Source: Nitrospinales bacterium (GTDB lineage Bacteria > Nitrospinota > Nitrospinia > Nitrospinales > VA-1). From it: a DNA stretch of 64,000 nt. Location of the stretch: contig CBDCXL010000001.1 of assembly GCA_965223795.1 (NCBI GenBank), positions 256,001-320,000 of the forward strand, given 5' to 3'. A program made the position numbers and the translations under genes. The notes below the pieces were generated by a model. The model searched no databases and was not told the DNA's origin. It saw only the letters and a list, made by a program, of their open reading frames with translations. Shown here one piece after another: positions 24,575 to 33,922 of this stretch (its first letter is position 1; every line of letters starts with the position of its first letter).

Positions 24575-25597
24575 TCACTCGCGGTAAGCCACGCCGTGCG
24601 TCTCCCCGTCCGTGTCCACCTTCGTCACCAGGCTCAGGTCGGCGGCCGAGACCACGGCCAGCTTGTTTTCATCGCGGATCGCCACGTAGACCGTCTTGCC
24701 GTCCGGGCTGATGGCCATCATGTCCGGGCGTTTGCCCATCGGCGCGGTCTTGACGATTTTGCGGCTCGCCGTGTCGATCTTGGCGATCTGGTTCAGCTTG
24801 CGCTGGCCCACAAAGACGGTCTTCCCGTCCGGGCTGTGCACCAGGCCGTGCGGCTCCCCCGGAACGTCCACGGACGCTTCCACCTCTCCGGTGCGCGGGT
24901 CCATCAGCAGCAGTTTGTCATCCTCCGGTGCGGTGAGCCAGAACAGGCCCCAGTCGTCGGTGGGCTTGATGGCCATGGCGGCTTTGGCTCCCTTCATGGT
25001 GCCGGTCACCGATTTGCTGTTCATGTCGATCACCGAGATCGTCGCGTCCCCGGCATTGACCACGTAAGCCTTGCGCCCGCCCGGTGAAAACACGGCGGTG
25101 ATGGCTTTGGGGCCGGTGGGCATGGTGTGCACCGCTTTTTTGGACGCCACGTCGATGAAGGTGACGTTGCCCGCGCCGACGTTGCAGGACAGGGCGGTCT
25201 TGCCGTCCGGGGACACGGCCACATCGTGGGCCTTGGTGTCCGCCACCACGTCCGCCAGTTTTTCTTTCGATTCGGCGTCGATGATGGTGATGCTGTTGGT
25301 GCCCATATTGGCGATGAACGCCAGCTTGCCGTCGGGGCTGAACGTGACGTTGTGGGCCCCGTCTCCGGTTGGGATGGTTTTGACGACCTGGTTGGAACCG
25401 GTGTCGATGACCTGCACGTTGGCGCCTTTCATGTTGGCGACCCAGACTTCGCCCGCGGCGCTCTCACCGGGCAGGAACGTCCCGGAAACGAACAGTGCGG
25501 CCAGTGTGTAAGCAGAAAACAGAAAGCGCCGCTGCCGCTTCGGGGCGCTCGACTTCAATTTGACGGGATTTGTGGTTTTGCTGGTATCCGGGTGCAT
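24575..25597 (-). CDS. YVTN/YncE-family beta-propeller exported protein
   Basis: Repeated HxxxxSPDGKxxxV..VID units; signal peptide; GGAGG RBS before ATG 25597. Confidence 0.88.
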   Translation of the reverse strand: MHPDTSKTTNPVKLKSSAPKRQRRFLFSAYTLAALFVSGTFLPGESAAGEVWVANMKGANVQVIDTGSNQVVKTIPTGDGAHNVTFSPDGKLAFIANMGTNSITIIDAESKEKLADVVADTKAHDVAVSPDGKTALSCNVGAGNVTFIDVASKKAVHTMPTGPKAITAVFSPGGRKAYVVNAGDATISVIDMNSKSVTGTMKGAKAAMAIKPTDDWGLFWLTAPEDDKLLLMDPRTGEVEASVDVPGEPHGLVHSPDGKTVFVGQRKLNQIAKIDTASRKIVKTAPMGKRPDMMAISPDGKTVYVAIRDENKLAVVSAADLSLVTKVDTDGETHGVAYRE

Positions 25598-25732
25598 GAC
25601 AGACCTCCAGGGATCGTGTGTCGTTCGTGGAAAGCATACGTCTCCCTCACCGGCGGCAGGCTGGCGGGCCGTTTCGGGAAAACACGGCGCTGTGTCCATG
25701 CGGGCCTCTAACCGGGGGGATGTTAAGGGCTC

Positions 25733-26377
25733 TTATTTTACCACGAACTGGGTGTAGGCGATATCCTGCACGGTGCCGACCCCGGTGGTCAGGGAGGCGT
25801 TGGCGGCGATCAGGATCTCCTTTTTGATGCGTTCCTCGATTTCCCCCTTGCGATAAAAATAATCGCTGGGTTTTTTGCGGGCGAGGATGTTGTAGATGTC
25901 TTCGCGGATGGAGGGCAGGACCTTGCGGACCTCCTCATCCAGGGCGTCGTTGCTCAGGATGAGATTGGGGGTCACGGTGATGAAGCGGCCGATTTCCCGG
26001 CCGTTGCTCTTCAAAGGCAGAAAAAAGGTCTTGAGCGGGAAGATGTGGACTTTGTCGAAATCCTTTTTGACGGTCTGGACTTCCGGAGGCGCTTCTTCTT
26101 CCAGGGCTTCCTCGGGCGGGGGCTTGTCGAGGAAGAAAAAATAGAACACGCCGCCGGACACGAGCAGCAGGGTCAAAACCGCCGCCCCGATGACGATCCA
26201 TTTCTTCTTGCCCGGCGCGGGCGCCTCCCCTTCTGCCCCGCCCTCAGCTTCGGCGTCTTCGGCTTGTTCCGGAGCCGCTTCCGCCTGCGCTTCGCCTCCC
26301 GCATCCAGAAGCCGTTCGAGCTCCTCCGCTTCTTCCTGGGCGGTGTCCTCTTTATCCAGTTCTTCGTCCTGGGCCAT
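25733..26377 (-). CDS. fliL: Flagellar basal body-associated FliL family protein
   Basis: Acidic N-terminus, GKKKW + single TM, IREDIYNIL..IKKEI..VQDIAYTQFVVK. Confidence 0.8.
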   Translation of the reverse strand: MAQDEELDKEDTAQEEAEELERLLDAGGEAQAEAAPEQAEDAEAEGGAEGEAPAPGKKKWIVIGAAVLTLLLVSGGVFYFFFLDKPPPEEALEEEAPPEVQTVKKDFDKVHIFPLKTFFLPLKSNGREIGRFITVTPNLILSNDALDEEVRKVLPSIREDIYNILARKKPSDYFYRKGEIEERIKKEILIAANASLTTGVGTVQDIAYTQFVVK

Positions 26378-26457
26378 GGGGGTGACTTTCTATCGATTCA
26401 CGCAGTTGCAGGCAGGGAACCCGCTTCTTCCAGAGCGGGCCGCGACCGGCGCCGGTT

Positions 26458-27075
26458 TCAGTTGGCGGATTCGCTCAGGGTGCGCAGGGTTGAAAACAGG
26501 GATTGAGCCTGAGAACGCAGGGTCTCCAGTCCCGCATCGTTGTTAAGGACATAATCGGCACATTTTATTTTTTCTTCATCGCTCATCTGGGTGCGCATGC
26601 GCGCCACGACCTCGTCGCGGGTGAGCGCGCTCCGCTCGACCACGCGCCGGATGCGGGTTTCCTCGTCGCTGGTGACGACGACGACCTTGTCCATTTTTTT
26701 GTGGTTGCCCGATTCGATCAGCAGGGCCGCGTCCACGATCACCAGCGCGGCGGGGTTCTGCGCGCGCAGCCGGGCGTAGGTTCTCTGTTCCTCTTCGAAC
26801 ACCAGCGGGTGCAGGATGCCTTCCAGCACCTTTTTCTTTTCCGGGTCCTGAAACACGATGCGGGCCAGCTTGCCGCGGTCGAGGGTCTGATCTTCATGGA
26901 GGATTCCCGGTCCGAAGGCGTCGACGATTTTGAGCCAGCCGGGCTGCCCCGGCCGTTCCAGATCCTTCACGACCTGGTCGGCGTCGATCACATGCCCGCC
27001 CCATTCTTCGAACAGGGCGGCGACGGTGGTTTTACCGGAACCGATGCTGCCGGTGAGGCCTACGAGCAGTGCCAC
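26458..27075 (-). CDS. coaE: Dephospho-CoA kinase
   Basis: GLTGSIGSGKTT, IDAD, LDRGKLA, ILHPLV, ADYVLNN. Confidence 0.95.
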   Translation of the reverse strand: MALLVGLTGSIGSGKTTVAALFEEWGGHVIDADQVVKDLERPGQPGWLKIVDAFGPGILHEDQTLDRGKLARIVFQDPEKKKVLEGILHPLVFEEEQRTYARLRAQNPAALVIVDAALLIESGNHKKMDKVVVVTSDEETRIRRVVERSALTRDEVVARMRTQMSDEEKIKCADYVLNNDAGLETLRSQAQSLFSTLRTLSESAN

Positions 27076-27103
27076 GCGGAGGGTCTCCTGTTGCGGGGGC
27101 GCG

Positions 27104-27961
27104 TCATCCCAGTTTTTCTAGCACGGCTTCGTGCAGGCGCATGATTTTGCGCGTGAGCGGGCCGGGCTGCCCGCCGCCCACGCTCTGGCCGTCGAGCCGC
27201 GTCACGGGCAGGACTTTTTTCAAGGTGCCGGTGAGGAACATCTCCTCGGCCTTTTCCAGCACCTCGGCGGGCCATTTGCCCTCTTCCACCGGGATGCCGT
27301 TTTCGGCGGCCAGCTCGAGGACGACTTCACGGGTGATCCCCTCGAGGATGCCGCATTCGATGGACGGCGTTTTGAGGCTTCCGTCCTGGACGAAGAAGAA
27401 ATTGCTGGTGGTGCATTCGGTGAGAAAGCCCCAGGGGCTGAGCATCAGGGCGTCTTTGGCGCCGAGCTTGCTGGCTTCCATCTTGGCGAGCACGTTGTTG
27501 AGGTAGTTTCCGGTCTTGATGCCGGGGTTCAGCGCCTCGCGCGGGTTGCGTTTGATGGAGACCACGGCGATCTCGATCCCCTTTTCGTAGTATTCCCGAG
27601 GATAGGTCTTCTGCGTGGTGACGTAAATCAGCACGTTGGGATGCTTGCACGTGGACGGGTCGATGTCGATCTCGCCGACGCCGCGGGTGACGACGATGCG
27701 GATGTAGGATTCCTCGTTGCCCGTGGCCTTGAGGGTTTTATCGATTTCCTGGTGAAACCGCTCCACGTCGTAGGGAAGCTCAAGGTGGATGGCGTCGGCG
27801 GAGTTTTTCAGGCGTTTCAGGTGCCGGTCGAGGAAACAGGGCTTGTTGTTGCGGGTGCACACCACCTCGTACACGCTGTCGCCGAACAGGAATCCATGAT
27901 CGTAGACGGAAATGTGCGGCTCTTCCTCGATCCGGCCGTTGAAATTGATTTTTGTGGTCAT
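27104..27961 (-). CDS. Class IV PLP aminotransferase (IlvE/Dat/PabC family)
   Basis: DHGFLFGDSVYE, HLKRL, IKTGNYL, ECTTSN, LEGITR, EMFLTGT. Confidence 0.92.
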   Translation of the reverse strand: MTTKINFNGRIEEEPHISVYDHGFLFGDSVYEVVCTRNNKPCFLDRHLKRLKNSADAIHLELPYDVERFHQEIDKTLKATGNEESYIRIVVTRGVGEIDIDPSTCKHPNVLIYVTTQKTYPREYYEKGIEIAVVSIKRNPREALNPGIKTGNYLNNVLAKMEASKLGAKDALMLSPWGFLTECTTSNFFFVQDGSLKTPSIECGILEGITREVVLELAAENGIPVEEGKWPAEVLEKAEEMFLTGTLKKVLPVTRLDGQSVGGGQPGPLTRKIMRLHEAVLEKLG

Positions 27962-28035
27962 CGTGACTGAATGCAAATGGGCGAATCGCGCCGGACTGGG
28001 GATGGATAGAAAATCCCGTTTGCGAAGGAGAGACC

Positions 28036-28725
28036 TTATTTTGAGTCGAGGGACAAAAGGATGTCGTTCAGCTTCCTTTTTTCCTTGCTGGTGTACGAGT
28101 CCTGCGGGGTTCCCTGCACTTCCACGTCCTCGTCATCGTCGATCTGGTCCTTGTTGCCGGTATCCATGTCCTGCGCCAGATTGCCGACGCCCTTGAGGTT
28201 GTCGAACTTTTTCTTGATGCCATCCAGGTCGAATTCGGGAAGCTTGTCCACGTAATCGTCCGCTTTCACCGTTTCCGCCACCGCCTCGGAGACCTTATGA
28301 AGATGCGGCGCGAGGGCGCTGTCGCTCAGGATCTTGCCCTGCAGATCGGGGAAGAACTTGAGCGGGAACATCAGGATCACCAGGATCAGCACGCCCTTGA
28401 TGAGTCCGAGCGCGCCGCCCATGACGCGGTCCAGCCCGGACAGACCGGAGTTGGAGCGCACCAGCTTTTTGATGCCTCTGCCGATGAGGGAAATCCCCAC
28501 GATGGACGCCAGGAAAATCATGCCGAAAGCGGCGACTTCCGCCACGGCGGCGCTGGGAATGACTTTGTCCAGCGTTTCGGCCACTTCTCCGCGGAAGCGT
28601 ATGGCGAGGACGAATCCGCCCACATAGGCCAGCAGGGAGAACAGTTCCTGCACCATTCCGCGTATGACGGAGTAGATCAGGCTGATTCCCAGAACGATGC
28701 AGAAAAAGGTGTCCAGTAGGCTCAT
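28036..28725 (-). CDS. cvpA: CvpA family protein
   Basis: LD..RGMVQELFSL, LSGLDRVMGGALGLIKG; four TM helices. Confidence 0.88.
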   Translation of the reverse strand: MSLLDTFFCIVLGISLIYSVIRGMVQELFSLLAYVGGFVLAIRFRGEVAETLDKVIPSAAVAEVAAFGMIFLASIVGISLIGRGIKKLVRSNSGLSGLDRVMGGALGLIKGVLILVILMFPLKFFPDLQGKILSDSALAPHLHKVSEAVAETVKADDYVDKLPEFDLDGIKKKFDNLKGVGNLAQDMDTGNKDQIDDDEDVEVQGTPQDSYTSKEKRKLNDILLSLDSK

Positions 28726-28766
28726 GGAGGCGAAAATCCTTTCGATTGTACGGATTTTAAGTTATT

Positions 28767-31202
28767 TCAATCGAAGGAAATAGTCAATATCTCTTTTATT
28801 TGTTTGACTTTCTGGTTCACCTCGCCGCCGCCGTAGAGAGCGAGGTAGATGACGTGGTTTCTCAGTATTTTTTGCACGTAGTTGCGGGTTTCGTCGAACG
28901 GAATGCTTTCCATGAATTCGACGGGTTTGAGATGCCCCCGCAGGCGCACCCATTGTTTCACTTTATTGGGGCCGGCGTTGTAGCCCGCCAGGGTGTAGAC
29001 GATGTTCTGCTCGAAACGGGTCCACAGGTTGTGCAGGTAATCGACGCCGAGGTAAATATTGGTTTCGGGCTCCTTCAGTTCATCCACGGTCGGGATGTCC
29101 TGCTTGAGCGAGCGGGCCACCCACGCGGCGGTCTGCGGCATGAGCTGCATCAGGCCGACGGCGTTGGCGGGCGAGGTGATCTTGCGGTTGAAGGCGCTTT
29201 CCTGCCGCATGAGCGCCAGCACCAGAAACGGATCGAGCTGGTAATCCTTCAGGGCTTTGCGCAGCGGCTCGATGTAGGCCCTGGGGAACAGCACTTCCGC
29301 GAGCGAACGGGACAGGCTGCCGTTGCCGCCGTTGCCGGCGATTTCCCAGGACAGGCGGATGGAGTCCTGGTAGTTTTTGCCCATGTGGAACAGCTTGGCC
29401 AGGTAGAACAGAAAGGGCGGGTTGTCCCGGTTCACGGACAGGCGCGCCAGTTCATCCACGCCATGATCGAGAAAGCCCACGGCGATCAGCTTCTCGGCGC
29501 GCGTGAGCCGCTTGCGGTCGATGTCGCCCAGCCCGATGTAGCGCGACGCGATCTTCTGCGAGGGCTTGCCCATCACGTAATTGCGGATTTGTGCGCCGGG
29601 ATCGTCATGGCTGTAGATGGCGTAAAAATTAAACGGGTACTTTTCCGTGAGCAGCTTGACCCAGTGGCGCATTTTCTCGCGGTTGCCCGCCTCTTTTTCG
29701 GTCCGCGCCAGCCAGAACAGCGTCGCCGCCCTGCGCGGCCCCTTCTGCGGATAATGCGCGTCCAGCCGCCGGAAGGCATCGGTGGAAAAAAACTTCCAGA
29801 GTGTTTCGAACCCCGCGGCGGCGGCGCTCAGGTCCTGTTTGAGCCGCTGGATCCAGGGGATCTTGAACAGCGTGGCGACGGTGTAGGGCCCGTAATCGTA
29901 TTGCTCCATCAGCTGGCGGTAATACGCCAGCGCATCGCGGTAGCGTTTCTTGTCCTCGAAGATGCGCCCGAGAAAGTACAGCGCCTTGTGGCAGGCTTTG
30001 GTTTGCAGCGGATGCCGTTTCAGGATTTTCTTAAAAAACAGCGCCGCCTGATCGGAACGGCCCGACGACCACATGGAATGCGCCAGACTGTTGAGCCTGC
30101 CTGCGGGATACAGGTCGGTGATGTGATGAATGGTCGAATTGATGGCGTTCTTTTTGAGATAGGGCACGATGATGCGGTCGAGGCTTTCGGGAATGCCGCG
30201 GGCCTCCTGGATTCCGGGATAGTGCTTCAGCACTTCCAGGCCCAGCTTGAGGCTTTTCATGACATCGCTTTGGGTCAGCGAGCGGTGGAACTTGCGCACC
30301 GCTTCGTTTTCATAGGTGAGCTCTTTGGGTTTGCGGGCGATGGGTTTGGGGGCCGGGCCCGGCGGTTCATCGGAATCGCCGCTTTCAGGCGGAGCCAGCG
30401 CGGCGACGATGGTTTTTTTGTCCTTGAGATCGTGCTTCTTTAAAAATTCATCGACGGCTTCGCGGACTTCCGGGGGATGCGGCCGGTCGATCAGCGCGGC
30501 GAAGATATCGGCGGCGGTCTCCACCTCTCCCGCCGATTCGTAGGTTTTGGCGAGGGCGAGATGGACCCGCAGTTTGTGTTCCTTATTATCCGGAAATTCC
30601 CGCATCAAAGACCTTCGGTACGCCCGCCACGCGGCTTTGTAGTTGGAAAGCAGGTTGTGGGCGTTCCCCTGCAGCTCTTCGATTTCGGCGAGATACGCGG
30701 CCAGTTCGCCGTGGAAAGGGCTTTCCGGATAGGATTTGAACATGTGCAGGCGGATGCGCTCGGACTGGGTGAAATGGTCGACGGCCTCGGTGTACTTCTC
30801 CGCTTCCATTTTGAGCTTGCCCAGTTCTTTATACGAGATCGCCAGAAAGTGCCGCCGGAAATCCTCCAGGATGAAGTTGCCGTAGATGTTCTTTTTGAGA
30901 TAGCGGATCGCATCGGCGTGTTCGCCGCTCTGGGCGTGCATGAAACCGATGGCCAGGGCCAGGAGGTTCCGTTCCTCCCGCGACGCGGCGGATTTTCGCG
31001 CCGCCTCGTAATTTTTGATCCAGCGCGGCAGGTCTTCTTCTTTGAGAGCGCCCAGATCCACGATCTTGCCGTCCAGCAGCGGCAACGGCGCCGGAAACGG
31101 TTTGTGGGTGTTGAAAATGTCCAGGTTTTTTGCCGCGCAGGTGAACACGAGCAGGAAAGCGAGAAAGCTAACCCGTAAAAGAAGGAGAAGGCCGTGTTTC
31201 AT
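28767..31202 (-). CDS. Slt-type lytic transglycosylase with TPR repeats
   Basis: ALMRQESAF, AVGLMQLMP, AGYNAGP, ESIPFDETRNYVQK; TPR helices; signal/anchor at MKHGLLLLL. Confidence 0.92.
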   Translation of the reverse strand: MKHGLLLLLRVSFLAFLLVFTCAAKNLDIFNTHKPFPAPLPLLDGKIVDLGALKEEDLPRWIKNYEAARKSAASREERNLLALAIGFMHAQSGEHADAIRYLKKNIYGNFILEDFRRHFLAISYKELGKLKMEAEKYTEAVDHFTQSERIRLHMFKSYPESPFHGELAAYLAEIEELQGNAHNLLSNYKAAWRAYRRSLMREFPDNKEHKLRVHLALAKTYESAGEVETAADIFAALIDRPHPPEVREAVDEFLKKHDLKDKKTIVAALAPPESGDSDEPPGPAPKPIARKPKELTYENEAVRKFHRSLTQSDVMKSLKLGLEVLKHYPGIQEARGIPESLDRIIVPYLKKNAINSTIHHITDLYPAGRLNSLAHSMWSSGRSDQAALFFKKILKRHPLQTKACHKALYFLGRIFEDKKRYRDALAYYRQLMEQYDYGPYTVATLFKIPWIQRLKQDLSAAAAGFETLWKFFSTDAFRRLDAHYPQKGPRRAATLFWLARTEKEAGNREKMRHWVKLLTEKYPFNFYAIYSHDDPGAQIRNYVMGKPSQKIASRYIGLGDIDRKRLTRAEKLIAVGFLDHGVDELARLSVNRDNPPFLFYLAKLFHMGKNYQDSIRLSWEIAGNGGNGSLSRSLAEVLFPRAYIEPLRKALKDYQLDPFLVLALMRQESAFNRKITSPANAVGLMQLMPQTAAWVARSLKQDIPTVDELKEPETNIYLGVDYLHNLWTRFEQNIVYTLAGYNAGPNKVKQWVRLRGHLKPVEFMESIPFDETRNYVQKILRNHVIYLALYGGGEVNQKVKQIKEILTISFD

Positions 31203-31259
31203 GGAAGACGTTCGATGGAGGTTTGGGAATCGTGCGTTTTGAACCTGTGACGGGTTCCT

Positions 31260-31393
31260 GCCGCCTTTCATCCCTCTGGGCGTGTCCGTTTGGGTCTGCT
31301 GAAGGGTGCCGTTGAGGAGCGGTTCCGCCGGGCCGGCGGATCCGGCTGAAGAGGACATGGCACCCCGAAAACGGAACACGGGCCCGAGGCGGC
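31260..31393. ncRNA. Candidate rod-shaped structured RNA (family not assigned)
   Basis: Nested complementary segments GCCGCC/GGCGGC, GTGTCCGTTT/AAACGGAACAC, GGGTGCC/GGCACCC, TCCGCC/GGCGGA in an intergenic gap. Confidence 0.5.
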
Positions 31394-31460
31394 TTTCATT
31401 CTATCGCAAGTGATTGAAAAAAACCAGAGTCGGGATCGGACCGCGGGCGAGCCGGAAGGG

Positions 31461-31985
31461 TCAGGGTTTCTTGCCGAGACTGCGGCTCAGGTGCACGATG
31501 TAATCGTCCTCCGGCTGCGCGGCCGGACGGGAGTCGCTGCGCTGGAATTTGGCCTGGGGCGGCGCGTATTGCGGCGTTCCCGCTTCCATCGCGTTGGCGG
31601 GACCGACGATGACTTCCTCGCCGACGTTCCACTGCGATTTCGCGGCCGGGTCTTTCTCGATGGCGATGATGACGATTTCGTGGGTCTTGGAGTTCCAGCG
31701 CGAATTCTGCGTGCGGTTGTTCATCTGCCGGCGCTCCTGCCCTCCCTTGCGCTCGCGCTGCTGCTTGGGTTGCACAGCGTCGGCGCCCGGAGCCTGAGTC
31801 CGGCGGTCGCCGTGGCGCAGATCGCCGTTGCGCAGGATGATCCCCTTGCGCTTTTGCAGATGCTTCTGGAAGCCGGTTGCCGGTTCGCTGCCCGCAATGC
31901 GGTAAGCCGGTTTCGTCGAAACCAGACGGTCCACGGCTTTTTCGGGCTCGGTGACTTTGTTTCTATCAATACCGGCAACCAACAT
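31461..31985 (-). CDS. Hypothetical protein
   Basis: 174-aa ORF with AGGAG RBS, fills the gap co-directionally. Confidence 0.6.
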   Translation of the reverse strand: MLVAGIDRNKVTEPEKAVDRLVSTKPAYRIAGSEPATGFQKHLQKRKGIILRNGDLRHGDRRTQAPGADAVQPKQQRERKGGQERRQMNNRTQNSRWNSKTHEIVIIAIEKDPAAKSQWNVGEEVIVGPANAMEAGTPQYAPPQAKFQRSDSRPAAQPEDDYIVHLSRSLGKKP

Positions 31986-32104
31986 GACAGAACTCCTAAG
32001 CCAATGACTGAGATTGGGGCAGAACTAATTTTACAGGATATTTCTGTTTCGGCAAGCCTAAACTAAAACTTTAGAGTTTTTTTGATTTTTTTTGAGCGGC
32101 CGCC

Positions 32105-32608
32105 TCACTTTTTTGTCAAGTATTGAAAAAACAGTAACTTGAAAGTGGAGGTGAAGGGGTGGCTGTTTGCGGCCAGCGCGGTGTGGATTTCATCCGGATG
32201 CCAATAGCGGCCCTCGCTGATTTCCCCTGGATCGAGGGTGAGGGTCTGGGTGGTGGTGCAGGTGTAGGCGGTCACGTGCTCGCCGAAGGTGTCCGCGCAG
32301 GCGGCGATCCGGGTGAACGGCGTCAGCGGTTCGACGATGCCCAGCTCTTCGGACAGCTCGCGCTGCGCCGCGGTGAGGTAGTCTTCTCCCGCATTGACGT
32401 GCCCCGCCGAAGAGGAATCCCAGTAACCGGGGTTTTCGTCCTTGGTTTCGGCGCGTTTCTGCAAAAACAGGTTGCCGCCGGGATCGAAGACGAAGGTGTG
32501 CACCGAACGGTGCAGCAGCGATTTTTCGTGGATTTCCCGGCGTGTGGCCTGTCCGATGACGCGGTCCTCGGCGTCGACCACATCGTAAATTTCATCCTGC
32601 GTACTCAT
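32105..32608 (-). CDS. NUDIX hydrolase (IPP isomerase-like/YfcD type)
   Basis: LLHRSVH, LFLQKR, GHVNAGEDYLTAAQRELSEELGI Nudix box. Confidence 0.9.
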   Translation of the reverse strand: MSTQDEIYDVVDAEDRVIGQATRREIHEKSLLHRSVHTFVFDPGGNLFLQKRAETKDENPGYWDSSSAGHVNAGEDYLTAAQRELSEELGIVEPLTPFTRIAACADTFGEHVTAYTCTTTQTLTLDPGEISEGRYWHPDEIHTALAANSHPFTSTFKLLFFQYLTKK

Positions 32609-32755
32609 GCGGCTCCTCGCCGGAGGGGTACTGGCGTTGTAAGGAGTGTCCGGGATCGACTGGAATGGCAGCGGTGGCTTCACCGCTGCGCAAGCGCGCG
32701 TCCCGCTCCGGTGTCATCAGGATAGCATGGATTCCGCTCAGGAAACGCCGGTGCG

Positions 32756-33040
32756 TTATTTATAGCGGTTGGTGTCGGCGATGCGGACGCTGTAGAGCCA
32801 GTAAGGCCAGTCGTATTCTGAGGGAAACAGCCTGGGAACCAGGGGCGTGTTTTCCTCCGGGCTCAGCGCTGCATCGAACGGGGTCCGTGGCGTGACGGCG
32901 GAGGCCAGCCATTCCGCGTTGCCGGGTCCTTTGTAGAAACCGTTGTCCCAGGCAGGGGCTGTGGCATTCGAAGGGTGTGCCGCCTGATGCAGTGAGCAGG
33001 CAGAAAGGGCAAGCAGGAAAAAAGGCGCAATCCAACGCAT
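32756..33040 (-). CDS. Small lipoprotein
   Basis: MRWIAPFFLLALSAC lipobox; GGAGGA RBS. Confidence 0.75.
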   Translation of the reverse strand: MRWIAPFFLLALSACSLHQAAHPSNATAPAWDNGFYKGPGNAEWLASAVTPRTPFDAALSPEENTPLVPRLFPSEYDWPYWLYSVRIADTNRYK

Positions 33041-33230
33041 GATGCCATCCTCCAGTAAAAACGCCTCCTTAACACTCCGGCCCTCCAGGGTAAGCCATCA
33101 GTGTACTACGGCCGTACCCGCCGGACAAATGCTAAATACTGTGATTTAAAGCACTTCCGAGTGCGGAACGGTGTTTGTTTTCAGTCCTTACAGGCAGGGT
33201 GAGCAGGCATGCAGGGTTGGTTTTGCCGGT

Positions 33231-33707
33231 TCAGATTCCCGGCTGTTTGAAACGGAATCCCTTCGGGGCTTGCGGGCGTTCGTACTCGTAGCCATTGAGG
33301 AAGAGCTTGACCGGCTTGTCGAGTCCCGGATACGTCACTTCAAAGATATCCAGCAGGCCGATCGCCTGTTCCCCGCCGGAAAAATTGCCCACGTCCGGGT
33401 TGGACGTTTTGAAGGGACAGCAGGCCCGGTCGCGCTTGAAAACCAGTTTTTGCCCTTTCGGGCCGGTCAGCATTTTCAGGTACAGGTATTCGTTGCGCGC
33501 TCCCACGCTGCCGTAGCCGCCGACCTTGATTGGATTGTCGATGGTGTATCCATAGGTCGGGTCGTCGGACACCTGCTTGAGGTCGACGACGAAGCGGCCC
33601 CGCTCCTCAGGCTGCGAAGATGCGGGCAGCGTCGTTCCCAGCCCGAGCAGCAGCGACACGACGATCAGCGCGGTTTTTTTAAGGCATTTCCGGTTTCTGA
33701 ATTGCAC
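33231..33707 (-). CDS. Exported hypothetical protein
   Basis: Signal peptide; DPTYGYT..NPIKVGG..GPKGQ..CCPF..GLLDIFEV..APKGF; GAGGA RBS before GTG. Confidence 0.75.
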   Translation of the reverse strand: MQFRNRKCLKKTALIVVSLLLGLGTTLPASSQPEERGRFVVDLKQVSDDPTYGYTIDNPIKVGGYGSVGARNEYLYLKMLTGPKGQKLVFKRDRACCPFKTSNPDVGNFSGGEQAIGLLDIFEVTYPGLDKPVKLFLNGYEYERPQAPKGFRFKQPGI

Positions 33708-33747
33708 GAGGCGGTCCTCATTGGAAGGGCACTTTCGCGCAATAGAA

Positions 33748-33764
33748 AGCAACCGGCATGCCAA
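33748..33764 (-). promoter_or_regulatory. Sigma-54 (-24/-12) promoter
   Basis: Minus strand TTGGCATGCCGGTTGCT, near-consensus TGGCAC-N5-TTGC, 40 nt upstream of GTG 33707. Confidence 0.7.
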
Positions 33765-33922
33765 AAACCGGACCTTATAAAACGGCGTGTTAGCTGCGGG
33801 GTTTCAGGCAGAGGGGGACGCGGCGTATGACGGATCAGACGCGGTGGACACTTTTGCGCTATTCGGTGCGGGGCGCGTCATCGGCACGCGGGGCAAGGCG
33901 CGGTTTTTCACCGCCCCTGCGT

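Noticed and set aside
31203..31379. 59-aa N-terminal extension of the Slt ORF in the ORF track
   Set aside because: The signal/anchor begins at MKHGLL (31202); the extension coincides with the fold-back RNA candidate
31260..31393. Definite call as 6S RNA (ssrS), SRP RNA or a riboswitch
   Set aside because: Shape is suggestive but I cannot match diagnostic sequence motifs; left as an unassigned candidate
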